Shown here: in pieces, positions 1 through 12,751 of the stretch
How the letters are laid out: the number at the start of each line of letters is the position of its first letter
How positions within the stretch are numbered: the stretch's first letter is position 1
NCBI GenBank assembly: GCA_030264375.1
Contig: JASCQW010000132.1
Coordinates: 70,025,120 to 70,089,119, forward strand
Source: Carcharhinus longimanus
Lineage: Eukaryota
Reading direction: 5' to 3'
DNA: 64,000 bases
Notes under the pieces: model-generated
What the model saw: the letters and a program-made list of their open reading frames with translations, nothing else
What the model was told of the DNA's origin: nothing
Database searches by the model: none
Position numbers and translations under genes: made by a program

Positions 1-569
1 GTGAGGCTCATTTAGTCTTCAATGCGAAGACATGCTGAATTTAAACACAAGGATGTCTATTGTTAAATAGACAGATCTCAGACATAAATGTGTAATCCTC
101 CGAGTATTTCTAAGCTACAATACCTAACAATGACGCAAAGCTACAATGTCAGTATGACATTCCTGTATTCGAAGCATGTTGCCCGGAAATGAAGAGCTTT
201 TAAAGACAACTTTTTGAGCTCTTTTACATTTCTTTGGAACACATACTTTACAGCGTCTGTTTCAGATGAACAATACAGAAATATAGACTTATTCAAATTG
301 AATAAGTCGTATTCAAAGCGTGTAACTGTGAAAGAAAATAAAATCCTTGACAATAGAATAAATTGGAAAACTGTAATACTGAAAGGGACGGGTAGTTNNN
401 NNNNNNNNNNNNNNNNNNNNNNNNNNNNNNNNNNNNNNNNNNNNNNNNNNNNNNNNNNNNNNNNNNNNNNNNNNNNNNNNNNNNNNNNNNNNNNNNNGAC
501 AATAGAATAAATTGGAAAACTGGAATACTGAAAGGGACGGGTAGTTTTCTTTCACAGATAGCAGATCCG

Positions 570-670
570 ACCCCCCTCCCCATCTCACCTCCCCACCCAC
601 AACCTCACCTCCCCCCATAACAATCTCATCTCCCTCCCAACAACCTCGCCTTCCTCCTCCCCCCTCTTCC
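570..670. repeat. C-rich degenerate tandem repeat (~19-20 bp unit, ACAACCTCACCTCCCC...)
   Basis: About 4 imperfect copies: catctcacctccccacccac / aacctcacctcccccataac / aatctcatctccctcccaac / aacctcgcc. Confidence 0.7.
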
Positions 671-2298
671 TTCCATCACTCCAGCTTCGGAGTTGGACTT
701 CGATTTGCCCTGAATCCCAGGGCGAGAAATCTCTTTCACAAGCTATCTGCAGTCTTTGAAAGAAGCATTCCTGGACATTAGCCAAACACCCGATAGACCG
801 AAGCCTCGGGCAGGGGAGGAATGTTGAAGCAATGGCCAGCTGTTTTACAAAGGGAAGAAGACAATCAGCTGGGAAGTGACGGCAACATATGGCACACGCC
901 TAGCTATCGGAATGGACAGAAGCTCAGGGCCATTCCTTCAGCAAGGGTCAAGCTAGGATGCAAGGTGTGCGAAGGATTTCCTTCACATGGAGATGGGGGA
1001 GGACATTGTATAGATCAACAATATAAAGTACAAACAAACAAAAAATAGCGGGATGCCCACAGAAATGCTTTGTTGGTAATAACCAATGGCCTTTTCAGTA
1101 TTGTACAGATCAGGGATAAATCTAAGTATCAATAATTCTGATGCCAAGAAGGACAATTGAAGTCGTTCTGTATCATTGTCGAAATTTCTCATACATTTCG
1201 CAGGTATATAAAGGCCGTGTCGGATTTGGTTTGATCACGGTTGAAGACTATTTAATTACACTGCCCTACAGTAAATGGCACAACTCCCTTGGTGGATGTT
1301 TTCCAAATTTTCAGTGATTTTGATGGCTCCGTGGCTTATTACCACCCTCCTGGAATAGTCCTGCATGCATTCGGCTACATTTATGACAACATTAATGGAG
1401 CGTTTCGTTATGTGCTAATTGCCAACAGGTACATCCCATAAGTACATAACTGAAACCTTCATTTTCCAAAGTTGTAAAAAAACAATTGTTGAGGTACCTG
1501 CAGGACATCGACTATCGCGTGGTTAGAATAATTTACCCCCATCAACTTCTCTTCAGACTTTTATCATCAGTCCACTGGTAACGGATTAGGTATATTTTTA
1601 ATTCACTCTAATTTTTAGTGAGGGGAATTGTAATTTATTCGATTTTGTAGCCCTTTTACATTAGTACATTTATCTTTTTTTTGGCTTGGTCAGCGTGCCC
1701 GGGGAATGAAGTAACTCCTCGCTATTTGGCCAGTGGTTGGCGCTGTGAAGTGTTTCCCCCCTGGCTAACCAAGTCTGCAGCCCAATCTTAACTGGAACCA
1801 CAGTCTACAGTGCTGTTTCCAATAATGGAAATGCCTACATAACAATCTGTGGATTTGAATGTAAATGTATTCGCGATGATGAGGCCCATATCTATACATG
1901 TGTGTATATTAGACAGGTGTCCCAGTGGTATTCAATACTCCTTTACTCTCAGTGCTTCCAATGCCATTTGCATTCCTGTTAGCTAGCTTATTTAATAGGA
2001 AGGGAGTATTCATGTATTTGATTCTCTTGGAATTCTATGTAGCTCGGTTGTAATCATCAATGTTTTGAGGAGCTGCAGGATTTCTCCACTCTTGTGAAAA
2101 CATAGCTGAGATATTGGCTGTAAAATTATATGTGTGTGCGGCGTGGGAGGGGGGGGGGGGTGGTGGTGGAGAGAAGGGAGGTGCATGAATAAGTTAGATA
2201 TTTCATTGCAATAAAACAATAAATGGCATTGAGGAAACGATTTCAGTTATTTTTCCATTACTTTCTCTCTAAAACTACGTTATTTGGGGTTCAGGGCG

Positions 2299-2315
2299 TA
2301 CACAGAGGGCGCCGC
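2299..2315 (+). promoter_or_regulatory. Candidate CTCF site
   Basis: tacacagagggcgccgc matches the CTCF core CCASYAGRKGGCRS apart from its 5' bases; motif match only. Confidence 0.3.
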
Positions 2316-2639
2316 AAGTTAAACAAATAGATTTGATTAAGGTACCCCCAAGAAATCGAAATATTAGACAATTATTACCATGGGCTAAGTTCTGTACTTT
2401 TCTGGGATTCGCGCGTTTCAAAGTACAGAGGCGGTTTCATTCCTGGCGAATGCGAGCAGGAATATTGGAAGCCGCTCTCTTTTACGGAAATGACTACCGA
2501 ACCTTTCGAAGCAGAATGATCCCTGCATGCCGAACTCCCTCTCTGACCCAGCCACTGGCACGCAGAAAGCAAAAATAAAAGCATTCCTGTGTACAATGCA
2601 AGATTACCCCGCTCCTCTGTAAGCTAAACTCAAAACAAC

Positions 2640-3800
2640 TGCTCTATCACACAGTTGTAGACATTTTCTATACAGCAAAGAGTCATGTTGATCAGCTGCA
2701 TTTTATCAAAGTGGCAATAAAGTGAAATAAAAATATTTAGCTTTTCGTCAGCAAAAAAGGAGCTTCGGTTGTAAGGATGTCATTTAATTCAGCTTGAAAG
2801 TCAAATGAATTACGTTTAATGAAAGTGCTCCCAAGATGAATATTAGCAGCGATTTCCTCTGTTGCTCTGGCACACACACTCCAAGGATATCTGATGCATT
2901 TAATAGAAGATAAGGAAAACTGGTTGAAAGAACACGTCTTTAAAAAATAACTCTTCCAAGTGAATTAGCAAACTAGAGATATTTGAATACGAACCAAATT
3001 TAAGGATTATAGGATTGAATGATGGAGAGACATGGATCCAAATTAATATAATATTTCGGAGTGCATATTAATCGGAGATTTGCCAGGAACCATTTGTTGA
3101 TAAGATAATAACTGCAACATTCAGACAACACAATCGTCTTAGTGTACAAGTTAGATCTCGGCCATTTGTTAGGTGCTGGGTGGCATTACAGGCCAGTTAA
3201 GCTTGGGTAATCTCACCGTTGGCAGGAATTGCAGTCAGTCCCACTTTCCCGTGTTGTTAATTAAAGATTTGCCATCACATTCCATTAAAATACATCACTT
3301 TATCTCTAGCCCGAAGCAGTAAAATTCCATCCGGGAAACAACGGAGCATGATATTCAATAGATAGCAAATGCCGAGGGGCTTTCCATCACCCTTTCTGTG
3401 GCCATTTTATTATTGCCAGTTGCTCCAGCACATTCACATGTATACAAAGTCAAATGTGAATTTGAGTTCCCCGTTTCAATGTCTGCAACAAACAAGTGAC
3501 AACCATGTAAAAGCTTCACCTATTTAACGCCGATTTAAAATGCAATAGTGGAGTGGATGCTTACTGTACCATTCGCATTACATACTTACTTAATGGATAT
3601 TAATTACAGCTACTTGCGCTGGAATAGACAAAATGATAGATGTCGCTTCTGGATTTACGATTGAAGCGAATGGTCATTTTGTAATTTCTTTGATTTACTA
3701 GGTGTCCCAGCGATGCAATCATCTTTGCATATGAAGCAACAATTTTCCCTGGTAGCTTTTTGATGCAAAGAAGGTTAGCAGGAGAGGGATAAGTATTCCA
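2640..3800. promoter_or_regulatory. Putative conserved non-coding / enhancer block(s)
   Basis: Unique, TE-free, CpG-retaining sequence with no credible ORF; TCF/LEF site ATCAAAG at 2705 and many TAAT/ATTA cores (gttaattaaag, ggatattaattac). Conservation not tested. Confidence 0.4.
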
Positions 3801-4540
3801 TTGGCGTCTTATCTAGGCCGGAAAATGCACACTCCATTCAAAAAGAGACGCGGTGCATCTTTTCACATGAGAACATGCCGCCGCCCGACACACTGCGACA
3901 TCTTTTTTTTTAATTCTCAATCTCTGTTGAACTCTGTAACACAATAAAAGCGCATTTCACCCTTTGAAATTTTACAGAACTACGTCCCTCTATAAAGATA
4001 CGCAGAACCTTGCTTGTGTTCCCCACTCAGAGGGGTAAGCACTGGCCTGAATTGGATCAAATTGGTTTGAAGCTACCAAAACGTAAACGCTGCTAAAGTT
4101 TTACATTGCGCGTTTTATTTGTTGCGATTTGCCTGAAAGACTTATTTCAACCGTGAATGGGTTTCAGTTGTTACATTAAGGGGTATGTTGTGTCGGGGGA
4201 AAAAATACATTCGCCCACCCTCAAAACAAAATGACCGAATTGGTTTTGACACTCAGATAAAATCTTGAAGTATTTTAATTCCGATTATCGAGACTCAGAG
4301 GCTTGGGAAAGTAATGAGAGAAAGAGATAGGCTCCTATCGGGCCCTGCCATCAGGAACATATTTGCAAAGCCCTGGGCAATGCAGCAGAGCACAAAAAGA
4401 CAACACGCAAACACACCGTCATGACAAAGCAAACCACATTCCCAGATCAGTCATTATTTTTGAACCCATTTCTTGGTGGAGAATGGTGCTTTGGAAAGTT
4501 GCTGCATGTGTACAGCTACGATAACACGCTTCTTGCTACA

Positions 4541-4556
4541 GCTCCAGATGGCAGTC
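4541..4556 (+). promoter_or_regulatory. Candidate CTCF site
   Basis: gctccagatggcagtc resembles the CTCF core CCACCAGATGGCAG; motif match only. Confidence 0.3.
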
Positions 4557-6569
4557 TGGACCTGGCAGCACCAGTGCAATGGGAATAATATTATAAATTT
4601 GGCCCTTTTCTTTCAAATGAACAAACAATAAAATAAAAGACTGCATAAAAATACAACTGCCGTTAAGTAATAATGTTGCGGCGGATGGCGATTTGCACTG
4701 CTATTCTTGCATTAGAATGTGATATATTTTTCACATTATATAAACGATTTGCCCTAGTCAAATATCCAGATTGTATTTGCTACTGTGACATTTGATGACA
4801 CGGAAGTGAGGACTTTTGTGTGTGCTTATATTTCACTAGCTATAGCAAAACATAATTACTCCTTGATGGACGCTGGCGATTCTTCTAACTGGATGGTGGA
4901 GTGGCCTCACTCATCTTTTATGAAGTTCGGAAAAATGTTCACCGACTGTGTTTTGATATTGGAATCAAATCTAACCAGAGACTGTCAATGAAAACAAATT
5001 AAATCTGAAGGAATAAAGTCCCACGATTTGTTTTTAACTATAGCAATCTGTTCTGTCTTTTATCGCGCATCATTTCCCGTTTAGTGCACTACACCTTACA
5101 GTATAAGAGCCAGTTCTATGCTTACTTCAGTTGTGCAATTGGAAGATGACCCGAGTGCTTTACCACCGCAGTACTAAAGAGTGGGTTTTCTTGGGGTATG
5201 GGCGGGATGGGGTGGGGGTGGGGGAGAGGATGGCAATATTGACTCGTTCTCAATATTAACCGTTCTTACCACGTAATATGGCCAGTACAGTTATAACCAA
5301 TGGATAGACTACTTCGTATCGTTGAACGATTACTACAGCAGTTTATCGTAATCTTTGCTGCTCGAAAATGTACACTTTTCCATCTGATTCTTCCTAGACA
5401 TGTTACATTTCACCGCATTGTTGTTCGTTTTGATAAAGAAATTACTTACATTTTCAATGTTATCTCAAACTCGCTACAACTTGTAAACTACACTATTAAC
5501 TCATTCTCACAGAACGATACTTACAAACAACAGCGATTGTCCCTTGGAAAGCAACTCAAATTGTAAAACATTGTAAACACTTGAGAATCTGATCACCAAA
5601 CTCTGTCTAAACGGACACTCCAATTGCTTAAGGATTGCCTGACATGAACTGGGCACTTTTGTCATCTGCATTAATTTTCTTGGCCCATCATTCTCTCCCA
5701 TACACCAAGCGCATTCCACATTTTGTTCACAAAGTAAATCTGTTAAAAATGCAGAACATGACCTCCCAAATGTGTGTTTTGCTTCAACTCTTAATGTGTA
5801 GTCCACAAAATTGCATTCTGGGCGCCGCTAAGTGTTGATCCATAACACTTGATCCAAAACAGACTAATCAAAACACAGAGCTACTTTTGTCCAAGAAAAC
5901 ACAAGATTGACGAACAGTTGAAATGACTAACTTCACAAAGGCTCCCACATTGATGTAAAGGCGAAGGCTAAATAATACTCTAAAATCAGTTGTGTGATAT
6001 TACCTTATAAGATATAAGTATATGTCTCCTGACTAAAATGCAAATTACCTGTACTCATCACAGCCTTGCTGACTTACCCACCCTCACAAAAGTTTGTCCA
6101 CTATGTGTGAACTGTAATTCCAATCAACTTCTTATAAAAACCAAATACCTGAAAGCATCTAAGATTCTGTCTAGAATTTACAGTGTGGACCATGAGTAGT
6201 CTCAATCCGGTTGCAGCATGAATTGATAATTTGTTGAATGGTGCACACTTTAGGATGATGGCACGATGCAATAAGATTTAGCAGCAATCAATCAACCCAG
6301 TCATAGAATCTCCTTTGTCTTGGGCTATTGACCCAGCAAATGCTAGATGAGGCAGTTCCACACCTCCCCCACCACGCCCCTCGCCCCCGCGCCCACCTCC
6401 TCTCTGATCCAGGTCCTCATGTAAAAAGTGGATGGTAGTCTTGGAAAATAGCAAACTTCAGCTGTGGTGATCAAAAATCATTGTAGCTACTGACTTCACC
6501 TGCAAGAGTAACGAGACACATTACACGCATATATACGTAGTTATTCAGTGATGAGCAATTGGCCAATGT

Positions 6570-6642
6570 TTTTAAAGGTCTGGCAGCATCTATGAAGAGA
6601 GAAACAGAGTTAACCTTTTCCATCCAATACGATTCTCCATTC
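6570..6642. mobile_element. Penelope-type terminal repeat fragment (runs into gap)
   Basis: aggtctggcagcatctatgaagagagaaacagagttaac matches the abundant shark Penelope-associated terminus; related copy at 37570-37660. Confidence 0.55.
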
Positions 6643-8119
6643 NNNNNNNNNNNNNNNNNNNNNNNNNNNNNNNNNNNNNNNNNNNNNNNNNNNNNNNNNN
6701 NNNNNNNNNNNNNNNNNNNNNNNNNNNNNNNNNNNNNNNNNNNNNNNNNNNNNNNNNNNNNNNNNNNNNNNNNNNNNNNNNNNNNNNNNNNNNNNNNNNN
6801 NTCCCGCATCGGCAGTCTTGTGTAGTGAGTGTGGTACTTTTGCAGCTTTCAGCCACGGATAGTATTTTCAGATCTATTGATGGGTAGAACAGGCTGATCC
6901 ATCGCTGCAATCTGAAACTGGACCAGCTTCCCAATTTGGAACAAAGTGGGAACTGAACAAGGCCAGGAAAAAAAGAGTGCTTGTGGGAGGGCCTATCCTG
7001 ATCCTACTTCCCAATGCGTATGTCGTTGAAATGAAGGTCTAGTACAGTTATTTGAAACAGAAAGATTTGCTGCTCTTGGGAAGTTCTTTGTAGACCATAG
7101 CATTTCAAGTGTAGATCTAATTAAAGAATGCGATGAGGGTTTTTGCCTTTACCAGCCTTTCAGGCAGTAAGTTTCTGATTGGAACATAATAGTAGGAGCC
7201 TTTGCTTAGCAGTATAGGACATATTTCACCTGGGCCTGGTGGTTTAGCCACTTTCAAGAATACTGAATGCTTTGCTATTTCCCTTCTCATTATGTTTATT
7301 CCATCCAATATTTCACAACCGTCTCCTTAACTTCAATGTTCGCACTGTCATTTTGGAAGACAGATGCAAAGTCTACATCATGAAACATGCTCACATCTTC
7401 CATCTCCACACACTTGCCTTTTGTTCTCCAATNNNNNNNNNNNNNNNNNNNNNNNNNNNNNNNNNNNNNNNNNNNNNNNNNNNNNNNNNNNNNNNNNNNN
7501 NNNNNNNNNNNNNNNNNNNNNNNNNNNNNNNNTTGCCCCTACTCTTTTCCCAGCTACCCATTTTTAAATACTTTTTATTACATCGCTGTATTTATCTTGA
7601 TTTTACCAGCTGATATTTTTCATGCCCTCGCTTCACTTTCCTCATTTCCTATATGGGTTCACTCCTGCCATTTTTATATTATTCTAGACTTGCGGCCGTA
7701 TGTGACATCTGACACACACTTTTGTTTTAAAATTCTTCTCCATGTGCTCTTTGACATGGCTGGCGGGACATTTTAAGATTTGTGAGTTCGGGTTGCACCT
7801 CTTGGCATTACACTGGAGTATTGGCCACACTGCCCATGCACATATCGCTGAGCACAAGGCTTTCAGAAGTGTTGACAAGATAGAAAGTCTAAGCATAGCA
7901 TCAGTACCCAAAATCAAAAAAGGTAATCTACCAGAGATATTTTGCCATCGTTTTCTGCCAGAACGATCAGCGCATTCTTATTAGCACAAAGCACAATTAT
8001 AACACAGGTCAAGTTTACAGCGTATTGCAAAGTCATTTAGTTCTGGACTCAGACCGAATCCCTAATGTTGGAACAGTTACACAGAAATCGGAAATGATTG
8101 GGAATTGTCTGCTGCTTCG

Positions 8120-8480
8120 ACAACAACAACTTGCATTGATACAGCACCGTGTATGTAACGAAACAACCCAAGTCACTTAATGTCAGCTCAGTCAAAAAAA
8201 TAAGTTGGCATAAAGCCAGAGAGATTTTAGGGTAACTGGCTAAACTTGATCAAAAATGTCGGTCTCAAGGTGCAATTTTCATGGCGGATACAGAAATGGG
8301 AAGGTTTGAAGGAGGAACGCCACTGTTTAAGGCCTAGGCAGCTGAAACCGCTGCCAACGTGGGCCAATGAAAATAGAGGATGCTGAAAAAGGCCAAAGTT
8401 GGAGGAGTGCAGAGATATCGACGCAATCTGGCTCGCATGGAAGGATTCCATTGCAACCTTTCTCGGGCCTTGGTATTTTT
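8120..8480 (-). mobile_element. L2 LINE 3' end, degenerate
   Basis: Starts aacaacaacttgcattgatacagcacc (reverse of L2 tail) and contains aggcctaggcagctgaa, the reverse complement of the motif in the L2 end at 56575-56810. Confidence 0.65.
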
Positions 8481-10439
8481 GAAGACTGACTAACATCATG
8501 GTGCAAAGGCCCATTCAAATAAAGTCTTATAACAATATTAATACAGCTCGTCTCTAATCTCATGACGGTGAACGATGGAAACCAAGGCGTCTGACGTCTT
8601 TACAAAAGGAATGACTGATGGAAGGCGGAGGTAAGAAATTTCAGGATAGTGTCCTTTTCCCATCAGTGTTCTGAGGATATGTAGCCACAAAACCCGAAAA
8701 GGCAAGACAGAAAGCAGAGGAGCTGCATTTACCTGAATATTAGCAATTCCATCAGCTTCTCAGCTCATCAGAATTGAAATAATAAATCAGGCCTATCTAA
8801 ATTCATCCTGCTTGTGACGACTACTGCTTTGCCTGTATCCTTTTGAGATGAGTACAACCCACTTTACGAGAAGCGCAGTGTAGGTCTCCTGGAGCGATGC
8901 CCGTGCTGTGTTGTAAGTATTCAACATGCAAGGGATATTCCTTCCCCGCAGAACAGTTGATGGTTTTGATTCTGGGCCAACAAACCAAACTGATAACTAG
9001 AGGGCAGTTACCATGTGGGAATAGTTTCAGGGGGTAAGAATGATTCTGAAAAAAAAACCTACCTCGACTGCAGCTTTGATTGGTGAATGGCTTCTCAACC
9101 ACCAGAGTAAACACAGAATAAAAACAGAACTGATNNNNNNNNNNNNNNNNNNNNNNNNNNNNNNNNNNNNNNNNNNNNNNNNNNNNNNNNNNNNNNNNNN
9201 NNNNNNNNNNNNNNNNNNNNNNNNNNNNNNNNNNAACAGAACTGATAAGAATCAAGAATTTTTTGAGACTGCAGAAATAAAAGGATTTTATGTAATTGTC
9301 GAACACACTTCCCGTGAGAGCAGGTACAGGAGATAGTCTCCGAAGCAATGTACTTGCTGCGCACATTGAGCAGTGAAGTGACGTTTCCAGTTCCTGTAAC
9401 ATTGACCCACTTTCCCAGATCCTGTCGATTTTAACACTGTTGACAATAATCTTTGTAAACTGTCACATGCCTGTTTCTGTAAATGAATGAAAAACAACCT
9501 AATGCAAAAACCACCTGACCTTTAATAACTTCAGGAAACCACTAAAGGTCTTGGCGATAGTGAGGACCTTCTAAGCCTGTTCCAATGGCGTCTAACGAGG
9601 AGGCTGAGGAGTTATGGGTTCAGTTTACTGCGATCACCTTCACGTAGAATTGCATTGCTAGATAACGCCAATTTTCCAGATCGTACAAGTCCTTTTTTCG
9701 ACTCCCTCGACACATTAACCCTAAATTAATTGCTATACTGCCTCGTTTCCAATGGGAAAATGGTTGTTAAATAGAACGGGAAGCTTAGGACCTTGCCTCC
9801 CAGCATTGCCTGAGCTTTCACGGCCCATCCAACATCCCACAACCATTACACTGGCCTCCAACATATTTTAAATGTGCAGTGCATTTATTGTTCTGCAGAA
9901 ATTAGGTGCTTCTAAGGTTATAATAAACACTGAATACATTCTGCTAAACTGCACCTGAATTATCCAGGAAGTTTGTCAATAAGCACTAATGCACATTGGT
10001 GCATTGAAAACATTATCATTACAATATGGATGTCTGAATAATTTTACAGGGACGGTTACGCGATTTGTTTTCATAATTGTATCTTACTTTTGCAGTTCTC
10101 TGGGTTTATTTTTTCGTTCACCGTTCTGTTACCTACATGACACAAAGGGTAATTAGTAGTAACCCATTTAGAGGCTGTTTCTAATTGGTATCAGTAGGCA
10201 AATTCTCTCCCCGGATTTCTTTTTCAGATGCACAGTAATGTAACTGCGTATCCCAGAACAGTTGGCTAACGACTGCTTCTCTGCTATAATGAGGTTTTTA
10301 ACTGAAACATTAACAATTTACTCTCATGATTTCACAATAAGTTTCACCACATTTGCAGGATTTGGATTTGCGTCTCACGAAGACTCGAACCTACATGGAT
10401 TCGCAAACTCTACATCTATCTTTTCCGATGAGCGGTTAA

Positions 10440-11110
10440 TTAGCTCTTGCGATTTATAGTTCCATAAATCTACAATGCAATAATTAAGTCGCTGCTGTAG
10501 GTAATAAGATGTCTGAGTATTTGGGTTATAAGAGCAGAGATAGCAATGACCAAGAACAGGTCACAAATCCACAAACTGCCCAAGAACGCCACCTTTATTA
10601 AGCTAGTCCATAATGTCCGTGTAATACATGCTATACAGCGTACATTCTTAGGAGGCTGTTGCATTTTTCGCAGCAGGTGAAACCATAAAATTGGTTTGCC
10701 TTCGTATGATCTAGGAATAATACCTCCCCCTCCTCGAAAAGGCTTTCCGAGCAGCCTCTTATTAGTTAATTCCAAAGAGCTGGTCAGTGACAGGCCGACT
10801 GATAGATAACCTGCCAAATGCAATCCTTTCAAAAGGATCAGCACTCAAGCGCAGTGATCATACACACTGCTAGACACTAGGCGACTCTTGTTGCAGTCTT
10901 CTCTATTTGAAAATAAGAGGCGATCCAAGGTAATTTACCACAATCCTATGAACACTAATCTTCTAGTGACATTCCGCACCTCCAGAGAGCGAGCAGTTGA
11001 CGAGGATCTGTCATTGAATGCACTGTTATTGACAGACCAGGCTGTGATTCATGGTGCTTTTGATCAATGAAACGTAATTGTAATTGAGTATATTGTGAAA
11101 ATAATATAGA
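10440..11110. promoter_or_regulatory. Putative conserved non-coding / enhancer block
   Basis: Unique CpG-retaining sequence; inverted Hox/Pbx-like pair gatttatagttccataaatc (10451-10470), TAATTA, attagttaat, TGACAG, ctttgatca-like site; no credible ORF. Confidence 0.45.
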
Positions 11111-11639
11111 GGCTTTTCTGGCAACACGTTGTTATTTTGCTCCATTCAACATCCTAGAGCGATACGAATCCACATAAGCACGCGTTATTTACATCATTTA
11201 TAGAATTTTCACATTTCTTATTATACTATGGACCCACTGTGCATGTCTTGGCAACCACAGGGTTATTATTACCACCAGCGATTCGGATTAGTATTTTTCT
11301 ATGAGATTGTATCGATGAGTAAGGATTGTCGTCTCAGAGATAACCTTGTTCACATCCGCAATACGCAGCCTTTATTAACATAATTCTATACACGCTGGAT
11401 TCATGCATGCCACTCAACGGGGATTTTCTGAGATTCCAGTCAAATTATGTTTTGGGATGGTGGATTTTCCACTCGCACTGTTTGAGTGCAGCATCGGATT
11501 CTACCACAAAGTGATCGTCCGTCTCTTCCTGCTTACAGTCAGGATGCTGCTGGGCTCAGTCCAGCTTCGACCCTTCTCTCTCCTTCCTCCCATTCAGTAA
11601 CAGCCGGGGGAGGATATGGATTATCCTTCCTGAGTAGTA

Positions 11640-11725
11640 GGTGGGTGGGCGGGGGTGGAGGGGGGAGGGAGGATGTTGGTGGTGGGGGTGGAATGACAAC
11701 CACTGGGTGGGGGTGGGGCAGGGAA
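11640..11725 (+). other. G-run cluster with G-quadruplex potential
   Basis: More than 8 runs of GGG or longer within 85 bp. Confidence 0.55.
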
Positions 11726-11754
11726 CGTCTTTAATTTGTCTAAAAGTGGTTTGC

Positions 11755-11960
11755 AACGTGGACGCTGTCAAGCATTGCACACACACACAAAAACCCGGCA
11801 AAATTTAATTGGACTGTCAAATATCTCCGCACTCTTGTCACAGCGAAGTTCTATAATTCGCTGTCAAAAGACCAAGTAGTTCATTCGAGGAGGTGGAACC
11901 TAATTAAAGGACCGCCTGCTGTGCTGACCCGTGGCTGGATCAGTTCAATCCTATTTTGTG
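11755..11960. promoter_or_regulatory. Putative enhancer with clustered TALE (Meis/Prep) cores
   Basis: CTGTCA x3 (~11765, ~11814, 11861) plus TTGTCA (~11835), tttaattgg and ctaattaa within 150 bp. Confidence 0.35.
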
Positions 11961-12333
11961 CAAGGATTTCTTCTCTCTCTAGAATAAAGATCTGTATTTA
12001 TATTGTGTCTATTCTAATCTCGGATCATTCCAAAACACTTGCAGCCAGTGAAGTACGTGTATTTTTTTGAATTGTGGGGAGACACAGTAATGCCTCACGT
12101 TGATGTTGGTTTTTCTGGATCGGAAATTAGCATTTGAGTGCGTGTTAATAATTCGCCAATGTTAGAGCTACCTGTTTCAAGTGGTATCTGACTCATAGGA
12201 AACTTCGATCTACTTTGCAGCCTAAACGGGAACTACATATCCTGCCTGGCTGCACACGCAGCTGTACCTGGCTGCCACACACTTTTAGGATCGACATTGC
12301 AGACTCTGCATCTGGCTAATGCTCATTACCTCA

Positions 12334-12522
12334 GGTGCAGGTTAGGTGGATTGGCCATGCTAAATGGTCCTTTAATGTTTCAAGGTGTGTAGGTTAGGGG
12401 GATTAGCGGGACAAATAAGTGGGGTTACAGGGATTGTGTCTGAGTGGGATGCTCTGTTGGAGAATCTGTGCGGACTCGATGGGTCGAGTCCGCACAGATT
12501 CTGCAGTATAGGAATTTAATGA
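12334..12522 (+). mobile_element. HE1-type V-SINE, 3' half
   Basis: gtgcaggttaggtggattggccatgctaaat...gactcgatggg matches the other V-SINE copies in the window. Confidence 0.85.
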
Positions 12523-12751
12523 TACACACCATAGAGTCGGAGACCTGTTTTGTTTCCACCCACTCTTAGTGCAACCTGGTTAGCACCACACACGTGTGGT
12601 GAACGTGGCATTTCTGGTTCCCAGCCTTGCCTTCTGCCAGATCACTAGCTATGCTTTGGCACTAAGACCACCATGGCAGAGGCTCCTGGAGGTACAAGAG
12701 GAGATATTTTTGAGTACATTAAAATCCCCTTCTCTCCCTGGGGTATTAATC

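Noticed and set aside
349-546. 49-bp direct repeat either side of a 100-N gap (gacaatagaataaattgg...gggtagtt)
   Set aside because: Typical unmerged contig overlap with one mismatch; assembly artefact
9122-9246. aacagaactgat duplicated across an N gap
   Set aside because: Same contig-overlap artefact
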